From a virus (Duplodnaviria; Caudoviricetes), in the IMG/VR virus record IMGVR_UViG_3300042402_002715, positions 518-64,517 of that record: a stretch of 64,000 nt of DNA. One strand, given 5' to 3'. Position numbers and translations under genes: made by a program. Numbering within the stretch: position 1 is the stretch's first letter; each line of letters opens with the position of its first letter. Of the stretch, positions 1-10,938 are shown in pieces. Below the pieces are notes generated by a model that was given only the letters and a program-made list of their open reading frames with translations, had not been told where the DNA came from and did no database searches.

Positions 1-261
1 TTAATTGCATCAAATGTTGGTCCTTACACGATTGATTTAAAACATGCACTTAAAAATGGTGAGTTTACAGATGGAAATGCTCTTCTTGTAAATGAAAACA
101 ACAATCATAGTGACTGGGCAAAAAACATCAAAAAATTAGTTGACAATCCAAACATGATTACCGATCTTGGTGAAAGACTGTATGAAACAGTAAAAGACAA
201 GTATGACTTGAATAACGTTACCAACACAAGGGCAGAATTTTACAAATCTTTAATTAAATAA
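1..261 (+). CDS. Glycosyltransferase (GT-B/GT4-like), C-terminal part, truncated by window edge
   Basis: Frame 1 reads LIASNVGPY...GNALLV...WAKNIKKLVDNP...LYETVKDKY to TAA at 259-261, typical of a GT4 C-terminus. Confidence 0.7.
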   Translation, partial: LIASNVGPYTIDLKHALKNGEFTDGNALLVNENNNHSDWAKNIKKLVDNPNMITDLGERLYETVKDKYDLNNVTNTRAEFYKSLIK

Positions 262-263
262 AA

Positions 264-965
264 ATGATAAACATACCTATTACAAAAATTTTATTCTTAG
301 ATATTGAAACAGTTGGTGGCTGTCCGGATTATGAGTCTTGTCAAAAGTTTAGTCCTGAAATTGCAAGTCAGTTTGATAAATATTTTGATTGGTTTTTAAA
401 ACGATTTCCAGAAGATAGTACACTTTCTAAAGATGATGTTTTTAAAAAACGAGCAGCTCTTGTTCCAGAATTTTCAAAAATTGTTTGTGTATCTGTAGCC
501 TTTGTTTTAGACAACGGTGAAACAAAAAAACAATCTTTTTATGGTGAAGATGAAAAAACTTTATTAAAAGAAGTTAGAGTTCTTTTGGATCGTTGTGAAA
601 AACTTGGGTTCTATCTTTGTGGTCACAATCTTAAAAACTTTGATATTCCGATGCTTGCAAAAAGAATGATTATAAATGGAATTCGTCCATCTAAAATTCT
701 TCCATCTTATGATACAAAACCTTGGGAGATAAAAGCAATTGACACAAAAGAAATTTGGCAATACGGTTCATACACATCAATTGGTTCTTTGGATTTATTA
801 TGTTCTTGTTTAGATATACCAACACCTAAAGATGGTGAAATAACTGGAGCTAATGTTCATAAAGCGTACTGGGAAGATCAAAAAATAAAAGAAATTACAG
901 AATACTGTGAAAAAGATGTGGATGTATTAATTGAAGCAATAATGAAATTAAAAAGTTTAGAATAA
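264..965 (+). CDS. PolB-like 3'-5' exonuclease (DEDD family)
   Basis: LDIET (ExoI), GHNLKNFDIP (ExoII), YCEKDV (ExoIII). Confidence 0.85.
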   Translation: MINIPITKILFLDIETVGGCPDYESCQKFSPEIASQFDKYFDWFLKRFPEDSTLSKDDVFKKRAALVPEFSKIVCVSVAFVLDNGETKKQSFYGEDEKTLLKEVRVLLDRCEKLGFYLCGHNLKNFDIPMLAKRMIINGIRPSKILPSYDTKPWEIKAIDTKEIWQYGSYTSIGSLDLLCSCLDIPTPKDGEITGANVHKAYWEDQKIKEITEYCEKDVDVLIEAIMKLKSLE

Positions 966-1570
966 TGAGTGAAGAACAAAAAAATGAATTAGGTGATCTT
1001 GATTCCCTATTTACCGGAGAAAGTGTAAACGATGAAGAAACTTTTGACCCAAACATCTTTAGCACGATGTTATCTGAGTTTGGTCTTGATATAAATCAAT
1101 TGTCAAATGAAATGGAAGAATATCAACCAACAATGCCTTTAAGATTTTCATCGTCAAATGAAAATTCAGTTGATCCAGAATATGCTTACCCAACAGATTC
1201 AGGTTTTGATTTGTATTCAACAGAAGAAATTACAATTGAATCTTTTGGTAGATCTTTAGTTCCTACCGGTTTACATTTTGATATTCCAGATGGTTACGAA
1301 ATACAAGTTAGATCAAAAAGTGGTCTAGCTTTAAAACAAGGATTAATGGTTTTAAATTCTCCAGGAACTGTAGATCAAGGGTATACTGGTGAAATTAAAG
1401 TTATATTATTTAATACTACGACTAATAAAATTAAAATTGAGAAAGGTCAAAAAATTGCTCAAGCAGTTGTTAATCCTGTTGTTTCCGGTAAATGGATTAA
1501 TTTAGTTAAAGTTGATAACATTGATGACAAAGATAGGTCTGATAACGGATTTGGTTCAACAGGAATTTAG
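965..1570 (+). CDS. dut: dUTPase (trimeric) with acidic N-terminal extension
   Basis: DSGFDL, RSKSGLA, GTVDQGYTGE, RSDNGFGSTG motifs. Confidence 0.95.
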   Translation: MSEEQKNELGDLDSLFTGESVNDEETFDPNIFSTMLSEFGLDINQLSNEMEEYQPTMPLRFSSSNENSVDPEYAYPTDSGFDLYSTEEITIESFGRSLVPTGLHFDIPDGYEIQVRSKSGLALKQGLMVLNSPGTVDQGYTGEIKVILFNTTTNKIKIEKGQKIAQAVVNPVVSGKWINLVKVDNIDDKDRSDNGFGSTGI

Positions 1571-1571
1571 T

Positions 1572-2318
1572 ATGGAAAATTTAATATGTTTTACTTTAGG
1601 TTATAATTTAGACTATTTAAAATTAACTAAATTATGTGTTGATAGTTTAAAAAATACAGGATATTCTGGTGATTTATTATTTATCACCGATATGAAAAAT
1701 GAAATTCTGGAAACTATTACTTATGATGGGAATATTTTGTTTATGGAAACAAAAAAATCCGATTTAATCGGTTCATCATCAAATAAATTAAAAATACACA
1801 AATACGAAGAAATTTTAAAATATAATAAAGTTATTTGTTGTGATTTGGATACTCTTTGGTTAAAATCCCCAAATATTTTATTTGAGTCAATGACTGAAGA
1901 TAAATTTTATGTTGCTGACGATAACCATTCAAACCTTTTAATGTCAGCACCACAACACTATTACGGTGATTACCTACTAACTAATGATGAATTACACGAA
2001 ATAAATCTTAACCAAATTAAAGGATTTAGTGCTGGTTTTTTTGCTTTCCCAACAAAACTGTTAAAACATCTTATTGAGATGGATAGTCTTTATGATAATA
2101 GTACAATTGAATCTCCTTGTGCTGAACAACCAGTTTTTAATTCATATTTGTGGAGAAAAAAACTTTATTCAAATTCTTTTAATGGCTTAGTTAGTCACGG
2201 TGGATACTGGGGACACATTTTTAATGGTGTTTTAATACATTTTCCAGGCGGTATTGGTAATTTCCAAGTCAAATATAATAAAATGATTAATTATTTAAAA
2301 AATATAAAAAATGAATAA
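1572..2318 (+). CDS. Glycosyltransferase (GT8/nucleotide-diphospho-sugar transferase-like)
   Basis: DLD (DxD) motif, FSAGFF, EQPVFN, LIHFPG; ATG at 1572 directly after the dut stop preferred over the 1512 start. Confidence 0.6.
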   Translation: MENLICFTLGYNLDYLKLTKLCVDSLKNTGYSGDLLFITDMKNEILETITYDGNILFMETKKSDLIGSSSNKLKIHKYEEILKYNKVICCDLDTLWLKSPNILFESMTEDKFYVADDNHSNLLMSAPQHYYGDYLLTNDELHEINLNQIKGFSAGFFAFPTKLLKHLIEMDSLYDNSTIESPCAEQPVFNSYLWRKKLYSNSFNGLVSHGGYWGHIFNGVLIHFPGGIGNFQVKYNKMINYLKNIKNE

Positions 2319-2958
2319 AAATAAATTTTTAGAAATTGTAAAACCAATCACTATGACATCAAAGGAAAGAATTGATTGTTTATATGATTCGTTAGAATAT
2401 ATTAGAACTAATAATATTGACGGTGATTTTGTTGAGTGTGGTGTTTGGAAAGGTGGTAATATTTTAGGGATAATGGAATATTTAAATTACCACAAAATGT
2501 ATGATAGAAAAGTTTGGGCTTATGATACATTTTTAGGTATGACAGAACCAGAAAGTGTTGACATAGATTTAAATGGTAATAGTGCTAAATCAATGTTAGA
2601 ACACATAATGTGTATATCAACAATAGACGAATTTAAAAAAAATATAGAGAATACTAAATTTCCTGTTGATAATCTTAAAATAATAATTGGGGATATTTGT
2701 GAAACATTAAAAAATAAAAATAATATCCCGGATAAAATATCTCTTTTAAGGTTGGATACTGATTGGTATAAATCAACAAAAATTGAACTTGAGATGTTGT
2801 ACCCAAATTTAAAAAATGATGGTATTTTAATTGTTGACGATTACGGTCATTGGAGTGGATCAAAAAAAGCAGTAAATGAGTATTTTGAAAATAAAAAAAT
2901 AAACATAAGTCATATTGACTATACAGGAATTAAAATAATTAAAAATGAAAGTATTTGA
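2311..2958 (+). CDS. TylF/MycF-family O-methyltransferase
   Basis: GDFVECGVWKGG, YDTFLG, LRLDTDWYKST, IVDDYGHWSG. Confidence 0.9.
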   Translation: MNKNKFLEIVKPITMTSKERIDCLYDSLEYIRTNNIDGDFVECGVWKGGNILGIMEYLNYHKMYDRKVWAYDTFLGMTEPESVDIDLNGNSAKSMLEHIMCISTIDEFKKNIENTKFPVDNLKIIIGDICETLKNKNNIPDKISLLRLDTDWYKSTKIELEMLYPNLKNDGILIVDDYGHWSGSKKAVNEYFENKKINISHIDYTGIKIIKNESI

Positions 2959-3490
2959 AACTAGGGAAGATTTGTTAAAAAGTTTAGATTCTAATCTTAT
3001 AATTTGTGAGATTGGGGTATTTAAAGGCGAATTTTCAAAATTTATATTAGATAATTTATCACCAAAAGAATTACACTTAATTGATGTTTTTGAGGGTACT
3101 GTTGGTTCTGGAGATAAAGATGGTAATAATGTTGTATTTGTAAATTTAAATGAAGAACTAGTTAGAATAACATCAGAATTTAAACCTTTTGAAAACGTTA
3201 AAATTCATAAAGGTTTTAGTGGACAAATTTTAAATCAATTTGACGACGAATATTTTGATTTAATTTACATTGATGGTGATCATTCGTATTTTGGAGTAAA
3301 AAACGATATTAATTTATCATATCAAAAAACCAAACCTAATGGTTTTATTTGCGGACATGATTATGTCTCACCCAGATTTGAGGGGGTTGTTAGAGCTGTT
3401 AATGAATTTTGTAATGAAAAAAATTTAAAAATAGATTATCTCTCAAAAGATGGTTGCCCAACATATTGTATAAAAAAATTAAAAAATTAA
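2945..3490 (+). CDS. Class I SAM-dependent methyltransferase (Methyltransf_24-like)
   Basis: EIGVFKG, DLIYIDGDHSY, GHDY. Confidence 0.85.
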   Translation: MKVFETREDLLKSLDSNLIICEIGVFKGEFSKFILDNLSPKELHLIDVFEGTVGSGDKDGNNVVFVNLNEELVRITSEFKPFENVKIHKGFSGQILNQFDDEYFDLIYIDGDHSYFGVKNDINLSYQKTKPNGFICGHDYVSPRFEGVVRAVNEFCNEKNLKIDYLSKDGCPTYCIKKLKN

Positions 3491-3494
3491 AATT

Positions 3495-4088
3495 ATGACA
3501 GAACTATGTGAACTTTTTTATAAGTATAAATCGGATAAATGTCCAAAAGTATTTCATTCTTATTCACCAAAATACTATGATATTTTAAAAGAATATAAAA
3601 ATAATTTTAAGTATATCTTAGAGGTTGGTGTCGGTACTAAAGAGATTATGACGCCAATATCTGGTTCAGATTATCAGATTGGGTCAAGTTTAAAAGGTTG
3701 GCGTGATTTTTTTGTAAATTCTTTTATTTTTGGTTTAGATATAAATAAGGATGTTCTTTTTGAAGATGAGAGAATAAAGTGCTTTTACACTGATCAATCA
3801 AAAAGTGATTCTCTACTTAATACAATTAATGAAATAAATAAATTTACAAATAAAACAATAAATTATGATTTAATCATTGACGATGGTAGTCACGAGGTAG
3901 AACATATGGTTTTAACATTTAAAACTTTAAAAGAATTTTTAAATAAAGGTGGTTTCTATATAATAGAAGATATAAAATTAAAAGACTTAAAATTTTTTGA
4001 GGGGTTAGCTTGTGAAAATTACGAAATAATTTACTCACATAATGGTAAATTTGAATGGGATTCTTTTCTAGTTTTTAGAAAAAGATAA
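3495..4088 (+). CDS. Class I SAM-dependent (sugar O-)methyltransferase
   Basis: SDK..HSY..YY, LEVGVG, DLIIDDGSH, YIIEDI. Confidence 0.8.
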   Translation: MTELCELFYKYKSDKCPKVFHSYSPKYYDILKEYKNNFKYILEVGVGTKEIMTPISGSDYQIGSSLKGWRDFFVNSFIFGLDINKDVLFEDERIKCFYTDQSKSDSLLNTINEINKFTNKTINYDLIIDDGSHEVEHMVLTFKTLKEFLNKGGFYIIEDIKLKDLKFFEGLACENYEIIYSHNGKFEWDSFLVFRKR

Positions 4089-4107
4089 TTAAAAAAATTA
4101 ATATAAA

Positions 4108-4704
4108 ATGGAAGAAAAAAATGAAATTTTAAAAATCATTGATGGTCACAACATTAACGGGTTTAATGTTAATGGTGGGACAGATAAAGCTTGGGGACAT
4201 AGTTATGACATATTTTATTCAGAACATTTTGAAAAATATAGGAAAACTTCTGGTGCAATATTAGAAATAGGTGTTCAATACGGTGGGTCGTCATTACTAT
4301 GGCATGACTTTTTACCTAATTATAACATTGTTATGGTTGATATTCATAATCAAGTTCATTCAAGTATTTGGGAAAAAATGAATAGTGATAGGTATGAATA
4401 TATTAATATGGATGCTTTTAATTTAAAAAGTTTAGAATTATTATCTGAAAAATACCAAGAAGGTTTTGATATTATTGTTGAAGATGGTCCTCACACTTTA
4501 GAAACTCAAATTTTTACATTAAAGGAGTATTCTAAACTTTTAAAACCAGGTGGAATACTTGTTATTGAGGACATTCAAAAAATAGAGTATGTTGACAATT
4601 TATTATCCACTAATATTGATTGTGACTATAGTTCATTAGAATTAATTGATTTACGACACATTAAAAACAGATATGATGATTTATTAATCGTTTTAAAAAA
4701 ATAA
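4108..4704 (+). CDS. Class I SAM-dependent (sugar O-)methyltransferase, paralog of upstream gene
   Basis: TDK..HSY..FY, LEIGVQYGGS, DIIVEDGPH, LVIEDI. Confidence 0.8.
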   Translation: MEEKNEILKIIDGHNINGFNVNGGTDKAWGHSYDIFYSEHFEKYRKTSGAILEIGVQYGGSSLLWHDFLPNYNIVMVDIHNQVHSSIWEKMNSDRYEYINMDAFNLKSLELLSEKYQEGFDIIVEDGPHTLETQIFTLKEYSKLLKPGGILVIEDIQKIEYVDNLLSTNIDCDYSSLELIDLRHIKNRYDDLLIVLKK

Positions 4705-4710
4705 AATAAT

Positions 4711-5445
4711 ATGAAAGTAGCATTAGTTTGTATTGCAAAAAATGAAGACAATTATGTCCAAGAATGGATTGATTATCATAAAAAAGTTGGTTTTGATGAT
4801 ATTTTTATTTATCAAAATAACTGGCGTTGGTCTGGTGAATCTGAAAAAGTACATAAAATAAATTTTGATGGTAAAAATTTGCAGATTGTGGCATATAATA
4901 ATTTTCTACAGTCCTATAAAAATGAATTTGATTGGGTCGCTTTTTTTGATGTTGATGAATTTTTAGTTTTAAAAAAACATAAAAACATTAAGGAATTTTT
5001 AAACGATTATTCTGATTTTGATGCTGTTGGTATTAACTGGGTTTTATTTGGGAATAATGGACACACTAAAGTTGATTCAGAACATAGTTTAATTAAAAGG
5101 TTTACAAAAAGACAATCAAATGTAAATCAACATATTAAAAGTATTGTAAAGATGAATAAAAATTTAAATATGATTATTCATAATCCTACAACACCATGGG
5201 TAAATACAGAAAAAGAATATAAATTAGGACCTTTTAATATAAACGGTACAATTGAAATTGCCCAGATTAATCATTATTTTTGTAAAACGGAAGAAGAGTT
5301 TGTTGAAAAAATCAATCGTGGTAAAGCCGATAACCCGTCTATTAGAACTATGGACGAATATGAACAACATAATTTCAACGACGTAGAAGATCTAATAGCT
5401 TATAAATTTATGTACAATGATAACAATAATATACTCAACACATAA
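4711..5445 (+). CDS. Glycosyltransferase family 2/92-like
   Basis: CIAKNE..YVQEWIDYH, FFDVDEFL, INHY. Confidence 0.85.
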   Translation: MKVALVCIAKNEDNYVQEWIDYHKKVGFDDIFIYQNNWRWSGESEKVHKINFDGKNLQIVAYNNFLQSYKNEFDWVAFFDVDEFLVLKKHKNIKEFLNDYSDFDAVGINWVLFGNNGHTKVDSEHSLIKRFTKRQSNVNQHIKSIVKMNKNLNMIIHNPTTPWVNTEKEYKLGPFNINGTIEIAQINHYFCKTEEEFVEKINRGKADNPSIRTMDEYEQHNFNDVEDLIAYKFMYNDNNNILNT

Positions 5446-6931
5446 AGATAAAGAATATAACGATAAATTTAACACCCATCTTGAAACAACTTCGGGTCTT
5501 AAAGACATTCAAATACTATTTTATGAAAATAATAATCAGTATTCTTTATCTGAATTATATAACAAAGGAATAAAAAACTCTATTTACGATATTGTCGTTT
5601 GTTGTCATAATGATATTAAACTTGAAAAAAACTGGGGTAAAAAATTACTGGATGATTTTTATAACAATCCAGAATTTGGTATTATAGGAAAGGCCGGATC
5701 TTGTTATTTTCCAGAATCTGGTGTCTATTGGGAAAAATTACATCAAACAATGGTTGGTCAAGTTTATCATCACCCAGAAAACCAAAAAAAGTTTTTAAGT
5801 AGGTATTCACCAAAATTACCATTTTTAATTCCTGTTGTTACAGTAGACGGTCTTTTCATTTCATTTGATAAAACAAAAATTAAACACAGCTTTGATGAGT
5901 CTTATGGAAAATTTCATTTTTACGATCATGGATTTGCTATTCCAAATTATTTAAATGGTGTTAAATTAGGTGTAACCTCTTCTTTTGAGATTACTCATCA
6001 ATCGGTCGGTCAACCTAATCAAGAATTTTGGGTGAGTAAAGAAAAGTTTGTTGAGAAATGGGGTCACATATTACCTTTAGATTTAAAACCTGAGTCCCCA
6101 TTTGTCCCAGAAATAAAAAGAAAAAAATTTAAAAAATTTGGTAAAGTTGCAATAGTTATACCAACAAAAGGAAATGTTAACATGTTAATTGATTGCATTA
6201 AATCATTCAACGATCATTGTGACTCAAATCAATATAATATTTTTATTGCTGATACCGGTTCTGAAAAGTCGGAAATAGACATTATAAAAGAAAAAATATT
6301 GGATTTTAGTAATGTTACTTTAATTGAGTATGATTACTATAATTTTTCAAAAATTAATAACAATGTTGTTAAAAATTATGTGACAAAAGATTTTGAATTT
6401 TTGTTGTTTTCAAATAACGATATTAAAATACTAAATGACGTTATTACCGGAATGTTAAATATTTTTAACGAAAATAAACACGTCGGGACCGTTGGGGCCA
6501 GGTTACATTTTGCTGATAATACAATACAACATGATGGTATTTTTATGGGTGTAAATATAATGAATAAATCAATTGATGTTGGTCACCTAAACTTAAAAAA
6601 TTATTATAATTTTTTTAACTCTCCTAAAATTGTTTTTGGCAACACTGGAGGTCTTTTAATGATTAGAAAAAATGTTTTTGAATTATGTGGTATGTTTAAT
6701 GAAAATTATATATCGTGTTTTGAGGATGTTGAGTTAAACATAAAAACATTATCTATGAAACTTAATAATTATGTTTGTAGTAACTGTGTTGCTTATCACT
6801 ATGAATCCACAACTCGTAATGAAGATCCGGATAAATTAAAAAAATTAAGAATAGACTATGCCAACTGTTTAGTTCCGACCGTAACAGAAAATTGGGAACA
6901 CATAAAAAATAAATTAATTGAACTAAAGTAA
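5417..6931 (+). CDS. Two-domain GT-A glycosyltransferase (GT-like family plus GT2)
   Basis: CCHNDI, VDGLF, FHFYDH in the N-half; IVIPT, DTGS, NNDI, FEDVE in the C-half. Confidence 0.85.
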   Translation: MITIIYSTHKDKEYNDKFNTHLETTSGLKDIQILFYENNNQYSLSELYNKGIKNSIYDIVVCCHNDIKLEKNWGKKLLDDFYNNPEFGIIGKAGSCYFPESGVYWEKLHQTMVGQVYHHPENQKKFLSRYSPKLPFLIPVVTVDGLFISFDKTKIKHSFDESYGKFHFYDHGFAIPNYLNGVKLGVTSSFEITHQSVGQPNQEFWVSKEKFVEKWGHILPLDLKPESPFVPEIKRKKFKKFGKVAIVIPTKGNVNMLIDCIKSFNDHCDSNQYNIFIADTGSEKSEIDIIKEKILDFSNVTLIEYDYYNFSKINNNVVKNYVTKDFEFLLFSNNDIKILNDVITGMLNIFNENKHVGTVGARLHFADNTIQHDGIFMGVNIMNKSIDVGHLNLKNYYNFFNSPKIVFGNTGGLLMIRKNVFELCGMFNENYISCFEDVELNIKTLSMKLNNYVCSNCVAYHYESTTRNEDPDKLKKLRIDYANCLVPTVTENWEHIKNKLIELK

Positions 6932-6953
6932 TGATTTTATCACACAGTAAAAA

Positions 6954-7790
6954 ATGACAAAAAAAATAATTAACTTCACACCAACCGGAACCCAAACAAC
7001 TAGAGACAACTCTTTAGCTCCGCTTACCCCAAATGAAATAATTGAGGAAGTACACCAAGCATATGAGTTCGGAATTACAATGACGCACATTCACGCTAGA
7101 GACCCAAAAGATTTTAAGAACACTTATAAAAATGAAGTATACCGTCCAATAATTGAAGGTATTAGAAAACACTGTCCGGATTTAACAATCTGTGTTTCGT
7201 TAACAGGAAGACTACACCCAGAGTTTGAGAAACGATCTGAAGTATTAGAACTATATCCAGATATGGGGTCATTAACAATGTCCTCTTTAAATTTCCCAAA
7301 AGCAGCTTCAGTTAATGAGCCTGATATGATTTTAAAATTAATTCAAAAGATGAAAGATTATGGTGTAACTCCGGAATTAGAATGTTTTGACACTGGAATG
7401 ATTAACTACACAAAATATCTAATAAATAAGGGTATATTAGAGGGTCCTAATTATATGAATGTAATTTTAGGTAACATTTATAATACACAAAGCGATATAT
7501 CTTCTGTATCATCAATAATTAGTAATTTACCAGAAAACACTAAAGTTTGTATTGGTGGGATAGGTAAAGAACAATTAAAATCAAATATATTAGGACTATT
7601 GTATGCTGATGGAATTAGAATTGGATTGGAGGATAATTTATACTACACAAATAAAATTAAAACAACTAATATTAAATTATTACAAAGAATCCGTAATATA
7701 ATAAACGAAATGGGTTTGGATGTTTTATCACCATTAGAATTTAAAAATTTAGGATATGGAAATAAAAAAATTAACAATATTAGGTTTTAG
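6954..7790 (+). CDS. Beta-keto acid cleavage enzyme (BKACE/Kce, DUF849)
   Basis: PTG, PLTPNEI, HIHARD, PELECFD, RIGLEDN. Confidence 0.85.
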   Translation: MTKKIINFTPTGTQTTRDNSLAPLTPNEIIEEVHQAYEFGITMTHIHARDPKDFKNTYKNEVYRPIIEGIRKHCPDLTICVSLTGRLHPEFEKRSEVLELYPDMGSLTMSSLNFPKAASVNEPDMILKLIQKMKDYGVTPELECFDTGMINYTKYLINKGILEGPNYMNVILGNIYNTQSDISSVSSIISNLPENTKVCIGGIGKEQLKSNILGLLYADGIRIGLEDNLYYTNKIKTTNIKLLQRIRNIINEMGLDVLSPLEFKNLGYGNKKINNIRF

Positions 7791-8397
7791 TGAGGGTGCG
7801 TTAACAATGTTATTGGACATTTTAGATTCTCAAGAAATTTATCCCGTCATTGATGTAATCAATAATTTAAATTTAAAACCCAATAAAAAATACAAACACC
7901 CAAGGTTTAACATTAATTTAATTAGTGGTGTTGAAATTGGCGATAAATTAATCATATTAGGAGTTACAACACCTAATATCAAGAAAAAAATCTGTAATAC
8001 TTTTAATATTGACATTAATCAAAACTTAATTAATTTAATTTCTAGTAAATCCAACATTTCAAAAACGGTTGAGATAGGTAAAGGAGTATCTATTAACGTT
8101 AATAGTTGTATTGCTGGTCACTCTAGGATTGAGGATTTTGTTTTTATTAATAGAAATGTTAGTATTGGGCACCATACTGTTATAGGTAAATATACAACTA
8201 TAAATCCTGGTGTTAATATTGCGGGAAATGTAACAATAGGTGAAGAATGTTTAATTGGTATTGGGGCCAATATAATTGACGGTGTTAAAATTGGTAATAA
8301 TGTTACTATTGGTGCTGGGTCTTTGGTAACTAAAGACATACCTGATAATGTTATAGCTTATGGAACACCATGTAAAATAATTAAAAATAATGGATAA
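7756..8397 (+). CDS. Hexapeptide-repeat sugar acetyltransferase (NeuD/PglD-like)
   Basis: Left-handed beta-helix repeats, IGHH, GAGSLVTKDIP..YGTPCK. Confidence 0.85.
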   Translation: MEIKKLTILGFSEGALTMLLDILDSQEIYPVIDVINNLNLKPNKKYKHPRFNINLISGVEIGDKLIILGVTTPNIKKKICNTFNIDINQNLINLISSKSNISKTVEIGKGVSINVNSCIAGHSRIEDFVFINRNVSIGHHTVIGKYTTINPGVNIAGNVTIGEECLIGIGANIIDGVKIGNNVTIGAGSLVTKDIPDNVIAYGTPCKIIKNNG

Positions 8398-8962
8398 AAT
8401 TTTTTGTATCGGATCAAATAAAACTGGAACAACTTCATTAACTAAAGCATTACAAATTTTAGGTTATTCGGTATGTCCAGAACATATAATGTTTAATCAA
8501 AATTCTAAACATTTTTATAATCAAAGTATTGGTAATTACACCCAATTATTTAGGTTAATTGATTTATATGACGCATTTGAAGATCGTCCATGGAACCATT
8601 CAGATTTTTATAAAAAATTAGATGAGAATTTTCAAAATTCAAAATTTATATTAACTATTAGAGATACTGATAATTGGATAAATTCCTATAGAAGGTGGTC
8701 AAAAAAAATAAATTTAAAGGGAGGATGGTTTTATCGATTAGTTTCTAATATTTGTTACGGTGTTGACGATTTTTTAAATAATGAAGACATTATGAGGGTA
8801 AAATACGAACAAAGAAATCAAGAAATAATAAATTATTTTAAAGATACTGATAAGTTATTAATTTTAAATTTTGAAGAATCCCAAAATTGGGATAGTTTAT
8901 GTAATTTTTTAAAGAAACCAATACCCACTCAAAATTTCCCACATTTAAATAGAACAAAATAA
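8390..8962 (+). CDS. Sulfotransferase-family P-loop protein
   Basis: IGSNKTGTTSL, FILTIRD..W..S, WDSLCNFL..FPHLN. Confidence 0.75.
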   Translation: MDKIFCIGSNKTGTTSLTKALQILGYSVCPEHIMFNQNSKHFYNQSIGNYTQLFRLIDLYDAFEDRPWNHSDFYKKLDENFQNSKFILTIRDTDNWINSYRRWSKKINLKGGWFYRLVSNICYGVDDFLNNEDIMRVKYEQRNQEIINYFKDTDKLLILNFEESQNWDSLCNFLKKPIPTQNFPHLNRTK

Positions 8963-8977
8963 AACATATAAAATAAT

Positions 8978-9553
8978 ATGTTACACATTATAACCCCACT
9001 TTATCGTTTTAATTTAATTGAAAAGGTATATAATTCTATTTTAATGAATGATGATATAACTTGGCACATTTCAAAATCAAATAAACGAGAAGATTTAAAT
9101 TATGATTTTTTAAAAAAGGATAAAAGAATTAAATTATATAATGTTGATTGTGATGATAATGAAATTTATAAAAAAAGAAACGTTGTTTTTGAAAATATTA
9201 AAGATGGTTATTTTTGTTTACTAGATGACGATACTATTTTTCACGAAAATATGTATATAAAATATTTGGATTGTGTTGAAAATAATTTTAAAGGGATGCT
9301 CGTTGGGGAACAGACGGATTCGGACGGAGAACTAAGATTAATTGCCAGCAAACCTGTTTATGAAAAAATTGACACTGGTAATGTAATTTCACACCATAAA
9401 TGTTTAGAAATTTGTAGATGGCCTAGCTATCACCAACCAGGAATAAATCAAAAAGATTTTCTTTTTTGGGAATCAGTTTATAATTACTATGGTAATAAGT
9501 GTGGAATTTGGAACCAACCATTAAGTTTTTACAATAAATTAAAAGAAAATTAA
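8978..9553 (+). CDS. GT2-like glycosyltransferase
   Basis: IITP, LDDD, IDTG motifs. Confidence 0.6.
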   Translation: MLHIITPLYRFNLIEKVYNSILMNDDITWHISKSNKREDLNYDFLKKDKRIKLYNVDCDDNEIYKKRNVVFENIKDGYFCLLDDDTIFHENMYIKYLDCVENNFKGMLVGEQTDSDGELRLIASKPVYEKIDTGNVISHHKCLEICRWPSYHQPGINQKDFLFWESVYNYYGNKCGIWNQPLSFYNKLKEN

Positions 9554-9554
9554 A

Positions 9555-10286
9555 ATGACGACTAGAAAAAAAACAACACCTAAAGAAGAAACGGCACAAC
9601 CACTCTCAAGAAAAGATTTTATAAATTCCGTAATTAAGAAAAGACAAAAAAATAAATTCTTGTCGGAGCACCAAGAAGACTATTACAACATTTTAAAAAC
9701 AAATCAAATTACAATTGCTTCCGGACCAGCTGGAGTTGGTAAATCTTATATCGCAATGAAAGCGGCTGTTGATTTACTTATTGATCCGGATAATTCATAT
9801 GAAAAAATAATAATTGTTAGACCAGCTGTTGAAGCTGAAGAAAAACTTGGGGCACTTCCTGGCAATCTTGAAGAAAAACTAGATCCATACATTTTTCCAT
9901 CTTACTATCTTTTAAATAAAATTATTGGTAAAGAAGCAAGAGAAAAATTAAAAGATGCTGAGATTATTGAAGTTTTTGCTCTAGCTTATATGAGGGGAAT
10001 GAACATTGACAACTCAATATTAATTTTTGAAGAGGCACAGAACTCAACACCAAACCAAATGAAATTATTGTTAACAAGGATTGGATATAACAGTAAATTT
10101 TTTATTTCTGGTGATTTAGAACAGACTGATAGATACAAAGACAAAAAACAATCAGGTCTTTACGATGCACTACAAAGATTTAAAAACATTTTAGATATTG
10201 GTGTTTATGATTTTAGAAATGCTAAAAATGTTCGTAATCCATTAATTAGTAAAATTTTAGCAGAATATGAAGAGAATAGGGATTGA
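9555..10286 (+). CDS. phoH: PhoH family ATPase
   Basis: GPAGVGKS, RPAVE, LGALPG, YMRG, EEAQN, GDLEQTD, VRNP. Confidence 0.95.
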   Translation: MTTRKKTTPKEETAQPLSRKDFINSVIKKRQKNKFLSEHQEDYYNILKTNQITIASGPAGVGKSYIAMKAAVDLLIDPDNSYEKIIIVRPAVEAEEKLGALPGNLEEKLDPYIFPSYYLLNKIIGKEAREKLKDAEIIEVFALAYMRGMNIDNSILIFEEAQNSTPNQMKLLLTRIGYNSKFFISGDLEQTDRYKDKKQSGLYDALQRFKNILDIGVYDFRNAKNVRNPLISKILAEYEENRD

Positions 10287-10938
10287 GGTTAATGGTGTTT
10301 TAAGGGACACAATAGAAAAATTTAAACAAGTTTATGAAAAACAATTAATTGATAATAATCAATCTGAATTTGTTTTACAAACTTATGAACTTGATATGTC
10401 CGGAAATACGGAAGAGTTGGTATCACCTAAACCATTTGATTATGGTATCATTAATAATGAGGTAACATCATTAAGTTTATTGGAACACTTTAAATTTCAA
10501 AATAAAGAAGAGTTATATTCATTTATGTATGAAGAATATACTATGGAGTTGTTTGGTCATGCCCCATCAACAGAAATGACAACTTTTAATATGTTAAATG
10601 ATTTATATTATGAATTAAGAGAAGAATATAATTTAAGTATTGTCTCAGATGAGATTGGTAGATCAAAACCAGCAACATTATTTTTCCTATCAAAATTTGG
10701 TTGTCTATTAGAAAAAGTATTTTTTTATAGTGAAACAACTAAAAATAACATGTGGAATAGTGTGGACATTTTACTTACATCAAACCCTAGCTTATTATTA
10801 GAAAAACCGAAAGATAAAATTGTTGTAAAATTTAATACAACATATAATAAACAAATAAAATCCGACTATGAAATTTCTTCTTTATCGGAATTTAAAAACA
10901 CTTTAGAAAAAATATTAGAACATGTTCCAAATTTTTAA
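10267..10938 (+). CDS. HAD-fold 5'-nucleotidase-like protein (degenerate motif I)
   Basis: RIGIEVNGVLRD resembles HAD motif I (D replaced by E/N); YN near the C-terminus. Confidence 0.45.
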   Translation: MKRIGIEVNGVLRDTIEKFKQVYEKQLIDNNQSEFVLQTYELDMSGNTEELVSPKPFDYGIINNEVTSLSLLEHFKFQNKEELYSFMYEEYTMELFGHAPSTEMTTFNMLNDLYYELREEYNLSIVSDEIGRSKPATLFFLSKFGCLLEKVFFYSETTKNNMWNSVDILLTSNPSLLLEKPKDKIVVKFNTTYNKQIKSDYEISSLSEFKNTLEKILEHVPNF